Shown here piece after piece: positions 1-9,250 of a stretch of 64,000 nucleotides of DNA. A program made the position numbers and the translations under genes. Under the pieces are notes generated by a model. It saw nothing but the letters and a program-made list of their open reading frames with translations, searched no databases and was not told where the DNA came from. How positions within the stretch are numbered: position 1 is the stretch's first letter; every line of letters starts with the position of its first letter. The DNA is from a virus: IMG/VR virus record IMGVR_UViG_3300033512_000125, positions 11,363 through 75,362 of that record. One strand, 5' to 3'.

Positions 1-130
1 AATAAAATATAAACGTTTTTTAAAAGATTGGAAACCTATTAATAAACAGGAAGAAGTAATTACTGATTATGAAATAATTTTTGTAGAAGTTCCTATTTCT
101 GAATATGAAGATATTCAACCTTTAGCTTCT

Positions 131-604
131 ATGGAAGATATAGATTCTTGTGAAAAGGCTATGTTTGTATATAGACCTAATCCTAAAAAGTATTTTACAG
201 AATATTGTGAGTCTTTAGGTATGGTTTTAGAACCAAATGATTTTAAAAAAACTCCTAATTCATATAGTTTTCCATCTTCAGGTATTGATTATGTTAAAAT
301 CAATGGAGAATATTTATTTTTAGGAGATAACAAACCTAAAATATTCCAAAAAACAGCTAAATATCAAGAATGTATTGATAAAATGGATCAGGATATTAAG
401 TTTATTAAAGATAATATTGATTTATTTTTACGAAAAAATGATAAGACTCCCCTAACAGAAATTGAAAGAGGTTCTTATTATAAAAATTTAATAAATATAC
501 AAAAAAGTATAAGAGGATTAGATGTTAATAAAAAAACTCAACAAAATCAAACAAGTTTATTACATCAAATTCAGAAATTAATAGAATCAATAAAAATAGA
601 ATAG
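131..604 (+). CDS. hypothetical protein, 5'-truncated by window edge
   Basis: Frame is open from nt 2 (IKYKRFLKDW...), so the true start lies upstream of the window. Confidence 0.7.
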   Translation: MEDIDSCEKAMFVYRPNPKKYFTEYCESLGMVLEPNDFKKTPNSYSFPSSGIDYVKINGEYLFLGDNKPKIFQKTAKYQECIDKMDQDIKFIKDNIDLFLRKNDKTPLTEIERGSYYKNLINIQKSIRGLDVNKKTQQNQTSLLHQIQKLIESIKIE

Positions 605-999
605 TGGAAAAAGAATTTATACCTTACGAACAAGCATTAGCTTTAAAAGAATTAGGATTTGATGATGTTTGCTTAGCTACTTGGAAAAACAAAAAACAAA
701 ATATTAAATTACACTTTAAGTACTATTTAACGAACAAAGCGTTAATAGGTACTGATGTAGGAATTATATGTACTGCACCACTATACCAACAAGCATTTAG
801 GTGGTTTAGAGAAAAACATGGGTATTTTACATCTCCTACGGAATCTGATGACGATATTACTAAAAAGTATGGTTGGTTAATAACTAAAAATTTAGATGGT
901 GGGAAAATATTTATTAATCTAATTGGTTATAAGGATTCTTACGAAGAAGCAGAACTTGAATGTTTAAAAAAATTAAAAGAAATTGTAAAAGAAAAATAA
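604..999 (+). CDS. conserved-looking phage hypothetical protein
   Basis: 131 aa; APLYQQAFRWFREKH and SYEEAELECLKKL motifs; stop/start coupling. Confidence 0.7.
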   Translation: MEKEFIPYEQALALKELGFDDVCLATWKNKKQNIKLHFKYYLTNKALIGTDVGIICTAPLYQQAFRWFREKHGYFTSPTESDDDITKKYGWLITKNLDGGKIFINLIGYKDSYEEAELECLKKLKEIVKEK

Positions 1000-1169
1000 T
1001 GGAAAAATTAGGATTAATATTAGCATTTTATGCTTTTGTAGGATGTTTATGGTGGGTAGCAGCTAAAATATCGGGAACAATTTGGGCTAAAATGTTTTTT
1101 AAAACTTTTGGTATTACAGGTTGTGTAATATCATGTATTTACATACTTAAATATTTTAATTTAATTTAG
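999..1169 (+). CDS. small membrane protein
   Basis: ATG at 999 (MEKLGLILAF...), two hydrophobic segments; the track start at 960 overlaps the previous gene. Confidence 0.55.
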   Translation: MEKLGLILAFYAFVGCLWWVAAKISGTIWAKMFFKTFGITGCVISCIYILKYFNLI

Positions 1170-1171
1170 AT

Positions 1172-1375
1172 ATGAATTTATATAAAGTAACATATGATAG
1201 TAAAATAAGTATATCCGATTTTTATTCTCCTTTATTTTATGAAGCAGAAAACGAGATTGATTCTTTATCTAAATTTATGAAAGATTGTGAAAAACATTTA
1301 TCTCCTCATTTTTCATTCAAACCCCAAAATATAACAGCAACAAAAATTTGTAAATTAAAAGAAATTAGAAAATGA
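1172..1375 (+). CDS. hypothetical protein
   Basis: 67-aa ORF in a tightly packed run. Confidence 0.55.
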   Translation: MNLYKVTYDSKISISDFYSPLFYEAENEIDSLSKFMKDCEKHLSPHFSFKPQNITATKICKLKEIRK

Positions 1376-1773
1376 CAGATGAATTCTTGGAATATGGAAA
1401 AAGCTATCGTAGATTATACGATGAATATAAAAAACATGGTAGTTTAGTAGTTGGATTTGATTTTGATGGAACAGTTCATGATTACCACAAAACTGGGGCT
1501 ACATATGAAAATGTAAGACAATTATTACGTGATTTAAAATCAATCGGTTGTAAAACATATTGTTGGACAGCTTATGAAGATTTAGATTATGTAAAACAAT
1601 TTTGTTTAGATAATAACATTCCTTGTGATGGAGTTAATTGTGATGGTATTCCATTACCTTGGGAAACAAGAAAACCTTTTTTCTCTGTTTTATTAGATGA
1701 TAGAGCAGGATTAATACAAGTTACTAAAGAATTAACAACATTGGTAAGAACAATAAAATTAGAGAATGAATAA
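1372..1773 (+). CDS. HAD-superfamily hydrolase-like protein
   Basis: FDFDGTVHD (DxDGT motif I), WTA, LLDDRAG (motif IV). Confidence 0.7.
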   Translation: MTDEFLEYGKSYRRLYDEYKKHGSLVVGFDFDGTVHDYHKTGATYENVRQLLRDLKSIGCKTYCWTAYEDLDYVKQFCLDNNIPCDGVNCDGIPLPWETRKPFFSVLLDDRAGLIQVTKELTTLVRTIKLENE

Positions 1774-1951
1774 ATATTATATAAGAATACATGGAAATAG
1801 GGTATTTGAAAATGTTGTATTGGCTAATCACTATGAATTTAATCGTACCTCTATCAATTTTTTTAATAATGTAAGTGGAAATTGGATATTAGTATATTCA
1901 TGTCCTGCAAATTTATCTGAGATTTATAAAATTGAGAAGACTGATGAATAA
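1766..1951 (+). CDS. hypothetical protein
   Basis: 61-aa ORF overlapping both neighbours. Confidence 0.5.
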   Translation: MNKYYIRIHGNRVFENVVLANHYEFNRTSINFFNNVSGNWILVYSCPANLSEIYKIEKTDE

Positions 1952-3161
1952 TTTAGATCCACAATATATAAATCTTGTAAAAGATATTTTAGTAAACGGT
2001 CATTCCAAGGAAGACAGAACGGGAACTGGTACTAAAAGTGTTTTCTCAAGACAAATCAGACATAAAATGTCTGATGGGTTTCCTCTACTTACAACAAAAA
2101 AGATGCCATTTAAAACAATCGTTACAGAACTTCTTTGGTTCTTAAGAGGTGATACAAATATTAAGTATTTGGTTGATAATAATTGTCATATTTGGGATGG
2201 TGATGCTTATAAAAATTATTTAAAGAATTGCACTGAAAATTATAAAACACACAATAAAAATGTTGTTGGAACAGATATACCAGACCATTGGAAAGACAGT
2301 GTTAAATTGGATTTAAGTGAACTATTAACACAAGAAGAATTCATCGACAAAATAAAAACCGATGAAGAGTTTGCTAAGAAGTGGGGTGAGTTAGGTCCAA
2401 TTTATGGTAAGCAATGGAGAAAATGGGGTACAAATAAATTAGAGAGTTTTAGTGGGGTTGATTATGATGGTTGTAAACCAATTTATATTGACCAAATCCA
2501 AAATTCAATTAACCTATTAAAAACTGAACCAGACTCAAGGAGAAATATTATTTCTGCTTGGAATGTGGGTGAGATGAAAGATATGGTTTTACCACCATGT
2601 CATAATTTTTTTCAATTTTACACAAGAAAATTAAATTTTAACACTAGATATAAAATTGGTAAATACCAACCTTACAACATTGAAGGAAAAGTTGAATATA
2701 AAAAGGGATTAAATTATATCACTCAGGAACAATTTGAAGATTTCCATAATTTGGAGATGGATATATTGGGTGTCCCAACCAGAGCAATCTCTTTAATGTG
2801 GAATCAACGTTCAGTAGATACAGGACTTGGTCTTCCTTTTAATATAGCTAGTTATGGTCTCTTATTAGAAATTATAGGTAAAATGGTTAATATGGTTCCA
2901 GATGAACTTATTGGAAATTTAGGTGATACTCATTTATATAATAACCACATCGAACCTATTCAAGAACAATTAGGAAGATCACCCTATAAATTACCAAAAT
3001 TAAATTTTAGTAAATTATTTAACATTGATATTCAAAAATATTCGAATCAATTTAATAATCCATTAGCTTTGGATATGTTTATATCTAGATTAAGTTCCGA
3101 TGATTTTATTCTAGAAGGATATGAATCACACCCAACAATAAAATTACCATTATCTAATTAA
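1944..3161 (+). CDS. thyA: thymidylate synthase
   Basis: DRTGTGT, FPLLTTKK, ELLWFLRG, LGPIYGKQWR, catalytic LPPCH, QRSVDTGLGLPFNIASY, GDTHLY; start placed at MNNLDPQY. Confidence 0.95.
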   Translation: MNNLDPQYINLVKDILVNGHSKEDRTGTGTKSVFSRQIRHKMSDGFPLLTTKKMPFKTIVTELLWFLRGDTNIKYLVDNNCHIWDGDAYKNYLKNCTENYKTHNKNVVGTDIPDHWKDSVKLDLSELLTQEEFIDKIKTDEEFAKKWGELGPIYGKQWRKWGTNKLESFSGVDYDGCKPIYIDQIQNSINLLKTEPDSRRNIISAWNVGEMKDMVLPPCHNFFQFYTRKLNFNTRYKIGKYQPYNIEGKVEYKKGLNYITQEQFEDFHNLEMDILGVPTRAISLMWNQRSVDTGLGLPFNIASYGLLLEIIGKMVNMVPDELIGNLGDTHLYNNHIEPIQEQLGRSPYKLPKLNFSKLFNIDIQKYSNQFNNPLALDMFISRLSSDDFILEGYESHPTIKLPLSN

Positions 3162-3162
3162 T

Positions 3163-3921
3163 ATGAAAGAAGGAGATTTAATACAAGAAAACATCCCACA
3201 AAAAAGGGATTTACAAAAAATATTATTATATATAGTATGTTTTTTATTACTTTTATTTACACTTAAATCATGTTTTGATACTTCGAAACTTGAAGGACAA
3301 GCTATTGAACTTAAGAAAAAAATTGAATTAACAGAAAAACAAGTATCTTTAAATAAAAAGGAATATAAAGTTTTGAAAGATTCTTTAAAAGAAGTTAGAG
3401 GAAAAAGGAATGATACTATTCAAAAACTTAGAGAGGAAAATAATAAACAGAAAGATGTAATAGCTTCATTAAGAGGTAAAAATAAAAAACAAAAAGAAGA
3501 CTTAGACAAATGGAATTATTCTACTTATACTAATTTTTTGAAAGATTATTATAAAACTCAAAATGTAGTTGAAACACCTCAAGGTGTTGAATTACAAAAA
3601 GATGTTCCAAAACAAGTTGCTATCACTATTTTCGATAAAGAAAAATTTGAGGGTGAAAGTAAAGCTAAGGACACTATTATTGAAAATAAAGATAAAGAAA
3701 TAGTTCAAGAACAGGAAAAAACTAAGGAAGCATTATTAGAAAGAGATAAAGCAGATAGTATAATTGTTGATATGACTAAATTAGATGGTGAAAAAAATAC
3801 ACTATTAGAAAATCAAGAGAAGAACATTAAATTTTTAGGAATTCAAAATAAATTTCTTAAAGTAGCGACTCCTGTTGCTTTTATTGCAGGTACTGTTTTA
3901 GGAATATTAATAGTAAAATAA
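3163..3921 (+). CDS. membrane-anchored coiled-coil protein (spanin-like?)
   Basis: N-terminal hydrophobic helix followed by LKSC, long coiled coil, C-terminal hydrophobic helix. Confidence 0.45.
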   Translation: MKEGDLIQENIPQKRDLQKILLYIVCFLLLLFTLKSCFDTSKLEGQAIELKKKIELTEKQVSLNKKEYKVLKDSLKEVRGKRNDTIQKLREENNKQKDVIASLRGKNKKQKEDLDKWNYSTYTNFLKDYYKTQNVVETPQGVELQKDVPKQVAITIFDKEKFEGESKAKDTIIENKDKEIVQEQEKTKEALLERDKADSIIVDMTKLDGEKNTLLENQEKNIKFLGIQNKFLKVATPVAFIAGTVLGILIVK

Positions 3922-3922
3922 C

Positions 3923-4111
3923 ATGGGTTTATTAGTTTTAGAATTACACCGTTTAGATTTTGAACCTAAGGAATGGGAATTATATGATAAAGGTATAAAA
4001 TCTTTAAATTATTCTATGTTAAAACCAAAATATCAAGAATTATATAGATTATCTAATGAAGTTTATATAATTTTAGGTAGAGATAAACATTATTTAAAAA
4101 AAAGAATGTAA
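3923..4111 (+). CDS. hypothetical protein
   Basis: 62-aa ORF, packed. Confidence 0.5.
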   Translation: MGLLVLELHRLDFEPKEWELYDKGIKSLNYSMLKPKYQELYRLSNEVYIILGRDKHYLKKRM

Positions 4112-4112
4112 T

Positions 4113-4298
4113 ATGAATCAAGAAATATATAAAATGAAACAAGTAAAAATTGGAGGACAATTAGTAGAATTTTCCTCACTAGACCAAAGACAATCTCTTA
4201 CAGAAGAGGTGAATCCTAATTTCTTAGGATATTTTAAAGAATACTATATTGATGGAGCATTAGTAACATTAGATAAACCAGCAAAATTTTATAAATAA
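4113..4298 (+). CDS. hypothetical protein
   Basis: 61-aa ORF, packed. Confidence 0.5.
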   Translation: MNQEIYKMKQVKIGGQLVEFSSLDQRQSLTEEVNPNFLGYFKEYYIDGALVTLDKPAKFYK

Positions 4299-4672
4299 TG
4301 GCAAAACAAACCACAAATAAAGCATCTAAGAGTAAAGAATTAAATATTCTTGAAAACCCAGCTACTAACACAGATGGAGGATTTGAAGTATTATTAACAA
4401 ATAAAGATATTGAAAACTTTCCAAAACTTCAAGATGCTGGAATTTTGGGTGGAGATAAAATTATTATATCTAATGAAGAATCTTTCATTGTTGAAGAACC
4501 AATGAATGCTAATAGTAAAAACCAAAATACCAATCCAATCATAACTGATGATTTAACACTCTTGAAATTTTATTCAGAAGAATTATTAGTTTCATTAGGA
4601 GATATTTACATTGGTGGACGTGCTGCTCAAAAAAGGGATCAACTCTTTGAGTTTCTTCAAAAGTTAAAATAA
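4298..4672 (+). CDS. hypothetical protein
   Basis: 124 aa; its C-terminal ...IYIGGRAAQKRDQL resembles LYIGGDAEFSKVEL in ORF 7811. Confidence 0.6.
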   Translation: MAKQTTNKASKSKELNILENPATNTDGGFEVLLTNKDIENFPKLQDAGILGGDKIIISNEESFIVEEPMNANSKNQNTNPIITDDLTLLKFYSEELLVSLGDIYIGGRAAQKRDQLFEFLQKLK

Positions 4673-4685
4673 TATAAAAAGGAAT

Positions 4686-4706
4686 AGGTCTCTTACGAGA
4701 CCTTTC
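4686..4706 (+). terminator. intrinsic terminator
   Basis: AGGTCTC-TTAC-GAGACCT followed by TT. Confidence 0.6.
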
Positions 4707-4738
4707 ATATTTTTACCAAGTAAATTAAAAGTATAGTT

Positions 4739-4996
4739 ATGTTTAAAGATGGAGATTTAGTTAGAATAAAAAATACTCCCCACATGATGGAATGGAGTAG
4801 ACCAAGAGGTATAAATATTGGTAAAACATTCACAATTAACTTTGGTCGTAATATAAATCCAAGATGGAAAAAAGAATGGCTAGATGGTGAGACAAAATCT
4901 TCAGTTTGTGATGTTAAAAATACTTATGGTATAAATTATCACATAGATGATTTAGAATTGGTGAATCCAATAGACCTAATATATGAAATTTATTAA
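4739..4996 (+). CDS. YEIY-tail family protein
   Basis: MFKDGDLVRIK...LIYEIY. Confidence 0.65.
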   Translation: MFKDGDLVRIKNTPHMMEWSRPRGINIGKTFTINFGRNINPRWKKEWLDGETKSSVCDVKNTYGINYHIDDLELVNPIDLIYEIY

Positions 4997-5007
4997 AAAT
5001 AAAGATT

Positions 5008-5241
5008 ATGGAATATAAAGTTGGTGATAAAATAAAATGTTTACCTGGTTTTAATAATGATTTACATTGGGAAAGTGAGAAATCTGGTGGTGCTGGTTAT
5101 AGTGATGGTACAGTGCTTACAATAAGAAGAATCACTATGAATAAGGGATATAATGATATTTTATGGTTTGATGAAATACATAAAGGTATATTCTCCCAGG
5201 CCGTAATTTTATATAATAATACCCATTATGAAATCTGCTAA
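5008..5241 (+). CDS. YEIY-tail family protein
   Basis: MEYKVGDKIKC...HYEIC. Confidence 0.65.
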   Translation: MEYKVGDKIKCLPGFNNDLHWESEKSGGAGYSDGTVLTIRRITMNKGYNDILWFDEIHKGIFSQAVILYNNTHYEIC

Positions 5242-5782
5242 TCATATATTAAATAAACAGTTTGAATGGTTGCGTTCTGGTAAAATGGGATGTACTTTTG
5301 GTACACTATTAGCCAAAAACCCAGATAAAATAGGGTGGAAGTTCCAAATTAATCCTACTAAATTAGAGTGGGAAGAAGATACTTATTTATTATCCATTAT
5401 ATTTCCTGATGAAGACACAAATTCAGTTCGTAATTGGGCTTTAGATAACGGAATGTATTTGGAAGATATTGAAGATTTATATCAAGGTCTTAGATTAAAA
5501 ATAGGGGATGATATTTCTTGGATTCAATATTTTGGACCCGATAGTCATGTAATTACAAGACAGGCACCATATCCAATGTTAAATCTTTGTGTAAAATTAC
5601 CATTATTTACTTATTATAAAGTTGGATTTAAAGGAATATTACACTTAGCACATGCAGGTGTAGGTAATTTAACAAACTATATTTGTGATAAATTATGGGA
5701 TTCTTCTTTCAAAAATACCAAGAAAATACTAGGTCATAAACCAACAATAAGAGAAGCAGCAAAAACAACATATATAAAATGA
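5228..5782 (+). CDS. hypothetical protein
   Basis: 184 aa; GCTFG and WIQYFGP motifs. Confidence 0.65.
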   Translation: MKSANHILNKQFEWLRSGKMGCTFGTLLAKNPDKIGWKFQINPTKLEWEEDTYLLSIIFPDEDTNSVRNWALDNGMYLEDIEDLYQGLRLKIGDDISWIQYFGPDSHVITRQAPYPMLNLCVKLPLFTYYKVGFKGILHLAHAGVGNLTNYICDKLWDSSFKNTKKILGHKPTIREAAKTTYIK

Positions 5783-6003
5783 TTATAATAATATTCGCGG
5801 TAATAGGAATGATTTTCTCTGTTATTTTTATAATTTACCTTCTTGTAATTATATCTAACTATTTTGAAAAAAATAAAATTAAAAGAAAAGAATTAATTAA
5901 TTTCAAAAATAAAATAGAAGATGAAGATTTAAAAAAATCTTGGGTCAATTTCTTAGAGAAAAAATATAATAATTCTTATTGGAATGAAAAATTAAATTAT
6001 TAA
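5779..6003 (+). CDS. small membrane protein
   Basis: N-terminal hydrophobic helix. Confidence 0.55.
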   Translation: MIIIIFAVIGMIFSVIFIIYLLVIISNYFEKNKIKRKELINFKNKIEDEDLKKSWVNFLEKKYNNSYWNEKLNY

Positions 6004-6005
6004 TC

Positions 6006-6242
6006 ATGGAAAATACAGAACGTTATATAGGTTATGGTAAATTATTAGATTTACCAAGCGGTAGAGTAGGTTTAGAACTTACTTTAAATAATTTAAGAGA
6101 ATTAGTTATTGAAATGGAAAAACTAGATAAAGTAAAAATTCTAGTTTTACCTGTTAAAGAACATAACGTTACAGAATGGAGAACTCATTCTGTGAAAGTA
6201 GGAGAAAGTAAATATAAAAAAGAACTTATAAATGAACATTAG
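6006..6242 (+). CDS. hypothetical protein
   Basis: 78-aa ORF, packed. Confidence 0.55.
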   Translation: MENTERYIGYGKLLDLPSGRVGLELTLNNLRELVIEMEKLDKVKILVLPVKEHNVTEWRTHSVKVGESKYKKELINEH

Positions 6243-6244
6243 TT

Positions 6245-6499
6245 ATGAAACATAAATTTAGTAGAGGTGATGGTTTTATTGGAACCCAAGAGGAGAGAAA
6301 AATATTACAACAATTAATAATAAATAAAGGATACAACCATTCCCCAGGTTTTAAAACAAATAATGGAGGAAATGATTTTCTCTGGAGTGTAAATGAATTC
6401 TATCTAACAATAAACAGATCAGGAATTACTAATCCAATCCCATTCGAAGAATTCAAAAGATTATTATCTAATAATGAATATGAGTATGAAATCTACTAA
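6245..6499 (+). CDS. YEIY-tail family protein
   Basis: MKHKFSRGDG...EYEIY; similar to ORF 7187. Confidence 0.65.
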   Translation: MKHKFSRGDGFIGTQEERKILQQLIINKGYNHSPGFKTNNGGNDFLWSVNEFYLTINRSGITNPIPFEEFKRLLSNNEYEYEIY

Positions 6500-6935
6500 G
6501 ATTTTAATCATAGGCCAAGCCCCACCCTCAGTAAATCAACGCGTTCCTTATGACACAACGATGTTATATGAAATATTAGAGTGGGTTAATATAACCAAAG
6601 AAGACGCGCATAATATATTTGAATTTGATGCAGTTTATAATAAATTTCCTGGTTATGGTCCTAATAAAGAACATTTAAAACCAACACAGGAACAAATGAA
6701 TTCTTATTGGGAACAGGAACTGGAGGGAAAAGTACAACTAGCTGATAAGATTATCTTATTAGGAAATGTTGCTAAAGATTTTATAAATTCTAAACCTAAA
6801 ACATGGTCTTGTAGTACAGAATTTTTAGAATTAGTTCACCCATCACGTTTAAATTATAATCGAATTATACAGAATAAAGAAAATATAACTAGTAAATTAA
6901 AACAATTTATATGGGGTTTCATAAAGGAGATATAG
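6486..6935 (+). CDS. uracil-DNA glycosylase-like protein
   Basis: ILIIGQAP (motif A-like), IILLGNVA, LVHPS (motif B). Confidence 0.65.
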   Translation: MKSTKILIIGQAPPSVNQRVPYDTTMLYEILEWVNITKEDAHNIFEFDAVYNKFPGYGPNKEHLKPTQEQMNSYWEQELEGKVQLADKIILLGNVAKDFINSKPKTWSCSTEFLELVHPSRLNYNRIIQNKENITSKLKQFIWGFIKEI

Positions 6936-7183
6936 TATACCATGGATGGAGTAATGGACATTATTATATAACAGAAGTTACGGAATGGAAAAAAGATTGG
7001 ATAAAAGGAAGGCATTGTTTGTGGATAAAACAGGAAAATTTTAAATTTGAAGATAACTATCAAAATAATATAGGAGATGAAATTAGATTAGCTACCAATG
7101 AAGAAGTTAGTTGGTTTAATGAATGCATAAAAAATAGAAAATATATACCCTTTAATAATAAACAATATTACGAAATATATTAA
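6911..7183 (+). CDS. YEIY-tail family protein
   Basis: FHKGDIVY...RLATNEE..WFNECIK...YYEIY. Confidence 0.65.
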   Translation: MGFHKGDIVYHGWSNGHYYITEVTEWKKDWIKGRHCLWIKQENFKFEDNYQNNIGDEIRLATNEEVSWFNECIKNRKYIPFNNKQYYEIY

Positions 7184-7186
7184 AAT

Positions 7187-7483
7187 ATGAAATATCAATT
7201 TAAAGAAGGAGATGGAGTAACCCATCTTACCGCAACGGTAGAGGAGAGAGAGAAAATATATAAATTATTAAAAAAAAATAATTATCCCTCATATGCTAAT
7301 TATGAAAATAATTCATATAGGTATGGAGGAAGTTGGGCTAATCAATTTACCAACAATTTCCGTTTTAATAAACAAGGTAAATGGGTTACTTCTAGTAAAC
7401 AACAAGTAACTAATGCTATGTCATATGAACAGTTTAAAACTTTAATTGAAAATGATGGTGAACCACAATACGAAATTTATTAA
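7187..7483 (+). CDS. YEIY-tail family protein
   Basis: MKYQFKEGDG...QYEIY. Confidence 0.65.
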   Translation: MKYQFKEGDGVTHLTATVEEREKIYKLLKKNNYPSYANYENNSYRYGGSWANQFTNNFRFNKQGKWVTSSKQQVTNAMSYEQFKTLIENDGEPQYEIY

Positions 7484-7485
7484 TT

Positions 7486-7779
7486 ATGGAAAAATCGAAA
7501 ATAAAAAGAGGAGATTACATTTATGAAGAGAATGAATATTTGATTTTTATAAATTTAATGAAAAACAAAGAAAAACCTTTATATTTTATTCAAATCAATA
7601 AAGGTGGAAAATTTATAGGCAAGGATAATGATTCAGGAATATATGGACAAAAATTATTGCGATACGCCACACCACTTGAAAAATTTTGGTTAGACGAATG
7701 TATTAAAATAGGACAATTTATTGAAAAGGATAAAATTGAGAAAAAATTCAATGGTGAAATTCATTATGAAATCTACTAA
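7486..7779 (+). CDS. YEIY-tail family protein
   Basis: IKRGDYIY...RYATPLE..WLDECIK...HYEIY; similar to ORF 6911. Confidence 0.65.
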   Translation: MEKSKIKRGDYIYEENEYLIFINLMKNKEKPLYFIQINKGGKFIGKDNDSGIYGQKLLRYATPLEKFWLDECIKIGQFIEKDKIEKKFNGEIHYEIY

Positions 7780-7810
7780 TTTTTAATATTTATAATAAAA
7801 ACAAAATAAA

Positions 7811-8092
7811 ATGAATAGATTTATATCAAAGGTTGAACCAAGAACAACTTATATTAAAGATGAATCATTAAAGGAAATTGGAGAGAGTTACAGTACTGAT
7901 ATATCAATATTAGTTAGTAAGGTAAATCAATTCTTAATATCACTCAATGGATTATATATTGGGGGTGATGCTGAGTTTAGTAAAGTAGAATTAATAAAAT
8001 ATATCGATTCTTTATATAACCCTGAGTTAATAGAATCTGATAATCCTAGAGGTGAAGGTTTAGGTGGTATAGAAGGTAATGGAAGAGTATAA
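7811..8092 (+). CDS. hypothetical protein (late-motif preceded)
   Basis: 93 aa; ATATTTATA at 7786. Confidence 0.6.
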   Translation: MNRFISKVEPRTTYIKDESLKEIGESYSTDISILVSKVNQFLISLNGLYIGGDAEFSKVELIKYIDSLYNPELIESDNPRGEGLGGIEGNGRV

Positions 8093-8625
8093 TGAAATTT
8101 AGAATAATAGAAAATCAGGAAGATATATCTCTAAATAGAGGTCATTCAAGAAGTGAATTAGATTTACTTTTAACCCCAATAGATTCAAAAACAAATGATG
8201 TTGATGCTGCTCTAAATAATAGGGAAAATTATGGTTCTTATTTAATTAATGTAAGAGATAAATCATCTGTAAATAAAGCAATTGAGGATTATTTTGGTCC
8301 TACATTACCTACAAAGAAAAAACCATTAGAAAAATTAAGAGGTGAACCATTTCCTCCCAAAACAAAACAAGCTATGGATGATTTTTTAAAAGGTTTGGAA
8401 GTAGGGAAACCTAATATATTAACTTGGGAAATTAAACCTAATGGTACTATATTATTTCCATCTAAGAAAAATGAATCACAACAAAAAACTATTAATGTTC
8501 TTAAACAAGTTTTAGGTAATGCTGGGATTAAATATAAATTAGAACATTTTGAAAATTTAGCAGAGTATTCTAAGCCATCTCTAAATGAAGTAAAAAGAAT
8601 GCAAAGATTAGCAGGTTTAAAATAA
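8092..8625 (+). CDS. hypothetical protein, C-terminal RMQRLAGLK motif
   Basis: 177 aa; the LAGL motif recurs in other late proteins. Confidence 0.65.
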   Translation: MKFRIIENQEDISLNRGHSRSELDLLLTPIDSKTNDVDAALNNRENYGSYLINVRDKSSVNKAIEDYFGPTLPTKKKPLEKLRGEPFPPKTKQAMDDFLKGLEVGKPNILTWEIKPNGTILFPSKKNESQQKTINVLKQVLGNAGIKYKLEHFENLAEYSKPSLNEVKRMQRLAGLK

Positions 8626-8660
8626 TTTTAAAGAAAAATTTGTTTACCCAAATATTTATT

Positions 8661-8670
8661 CGTATATTTA
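8661..8670 (+). promoter_or_regulatory. putative early/host-sigma promoter motif CGTATATTTA (type example)
   Basis: Also at 9218, 12909, 16182 and 49709; variants at 14006, 43395 and 60376; always intergenic and usually about 20 nt after a TTTG/TTG element; resembles the Bacteroidota TTTG...TAnnTTTG consensus. Confidence 0.65.
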
Positions 8671-8850
8671 ACCAAATAAAAATAATTAATATGAAACAAG
8701 ATATTATAGCAATGACTAAAACTGGTATTTAATTATGAAAAAATCAGATGTAATAATGGGTTCACCTATAAAAGGTGGAACAGGAATGAATAAAATAGAA
8801 GGAAATAGTTGGGAAGGATAAAAATTTCTCAATTTTTACAAAAACTTTAT

Positions 8851-8859
8851 ATATTTATA
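8851..8859 (+). promoter_or_regulatory. putative late promoter motif ATATTTATA (type example)
   Basis: Intergenic copies at 7786, 8851, 9528, 14009, 22398, 25675, 35149, 42616, 48483, 52568 and 63238 (variant 28368), mostly 6-30 nt before ATGs. Confidence 0.6.
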
Positions 8860-8865
8860 TATAAC

Positions 8866-8988
8866 ATGAAAAAATATAATAACATATCGAAAACGTTTAG
8901 AACACTTAATCATAGTGATTGGGCCGGTATGTCTATTTATAATACAGTAAGTTTACAACCGGAATCCCAAGGTGGAACGGAAGTTTGA
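8866..8988 (+). CDS. putative attenuator leader peptide (40 aa)
   Basis: MKKYNNISKTFRTLNHSDWAGMSIYNTVSLQPESQGGTEV*; contains GGAACGG complementary to the downstream terminator arm. Confidence 0.6.
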   Translation: MKKYNNISKTFRTLNHSDWAGMSIYNTVSLQPESQGGTEV

Positions 8989-9014
8989 TAGTAGTAATTT
9001 AAATATACTATATA

Positions 9015-9047
9015 AAACCCGTTCCTAAATAGAACGGGTTTCTTTTT
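9015..9047 (+). terminator. attenuator-type intrinsic terminator
   Basis: AAACCCGTTC-CTAAATA-GAACGGGTTT followed by CTTTTT. Confidence 0.85.
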
Positions 9048-9057
9048 ACAATAAAAT

Positions 9058-9130
9058 GCCTGTGTAGCTCAAATGGTAGAGCGCCGCTTTTGTACTGCGA
9101 TGGTTGGGGTTTCGATTACTCTCACAGGCT
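9058..9130 (+). tRNA. tRNA-Thr(UGU)
   Basis: GCCTGTG/CACAGGC acceptor; loop TTTGTAC; weak anticodon stem. Confidence 0.8.
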
Positions 9131-9250
9131 CAAAATTAAAAAACATTTTAAAAAAGGTTTGGATTTTAATAGAATTTAAAAATTCCAATAAAGGAATTTG
9201 AAAATTAAGTTTGAAATCGTATATTTACAATATAAGAAATTTAAATAATT

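Noticed and set aside
1944-3161. Intron or intein in thyA
   Set aside because: The extra segments are in-frame, short and lack intein or group I signatures
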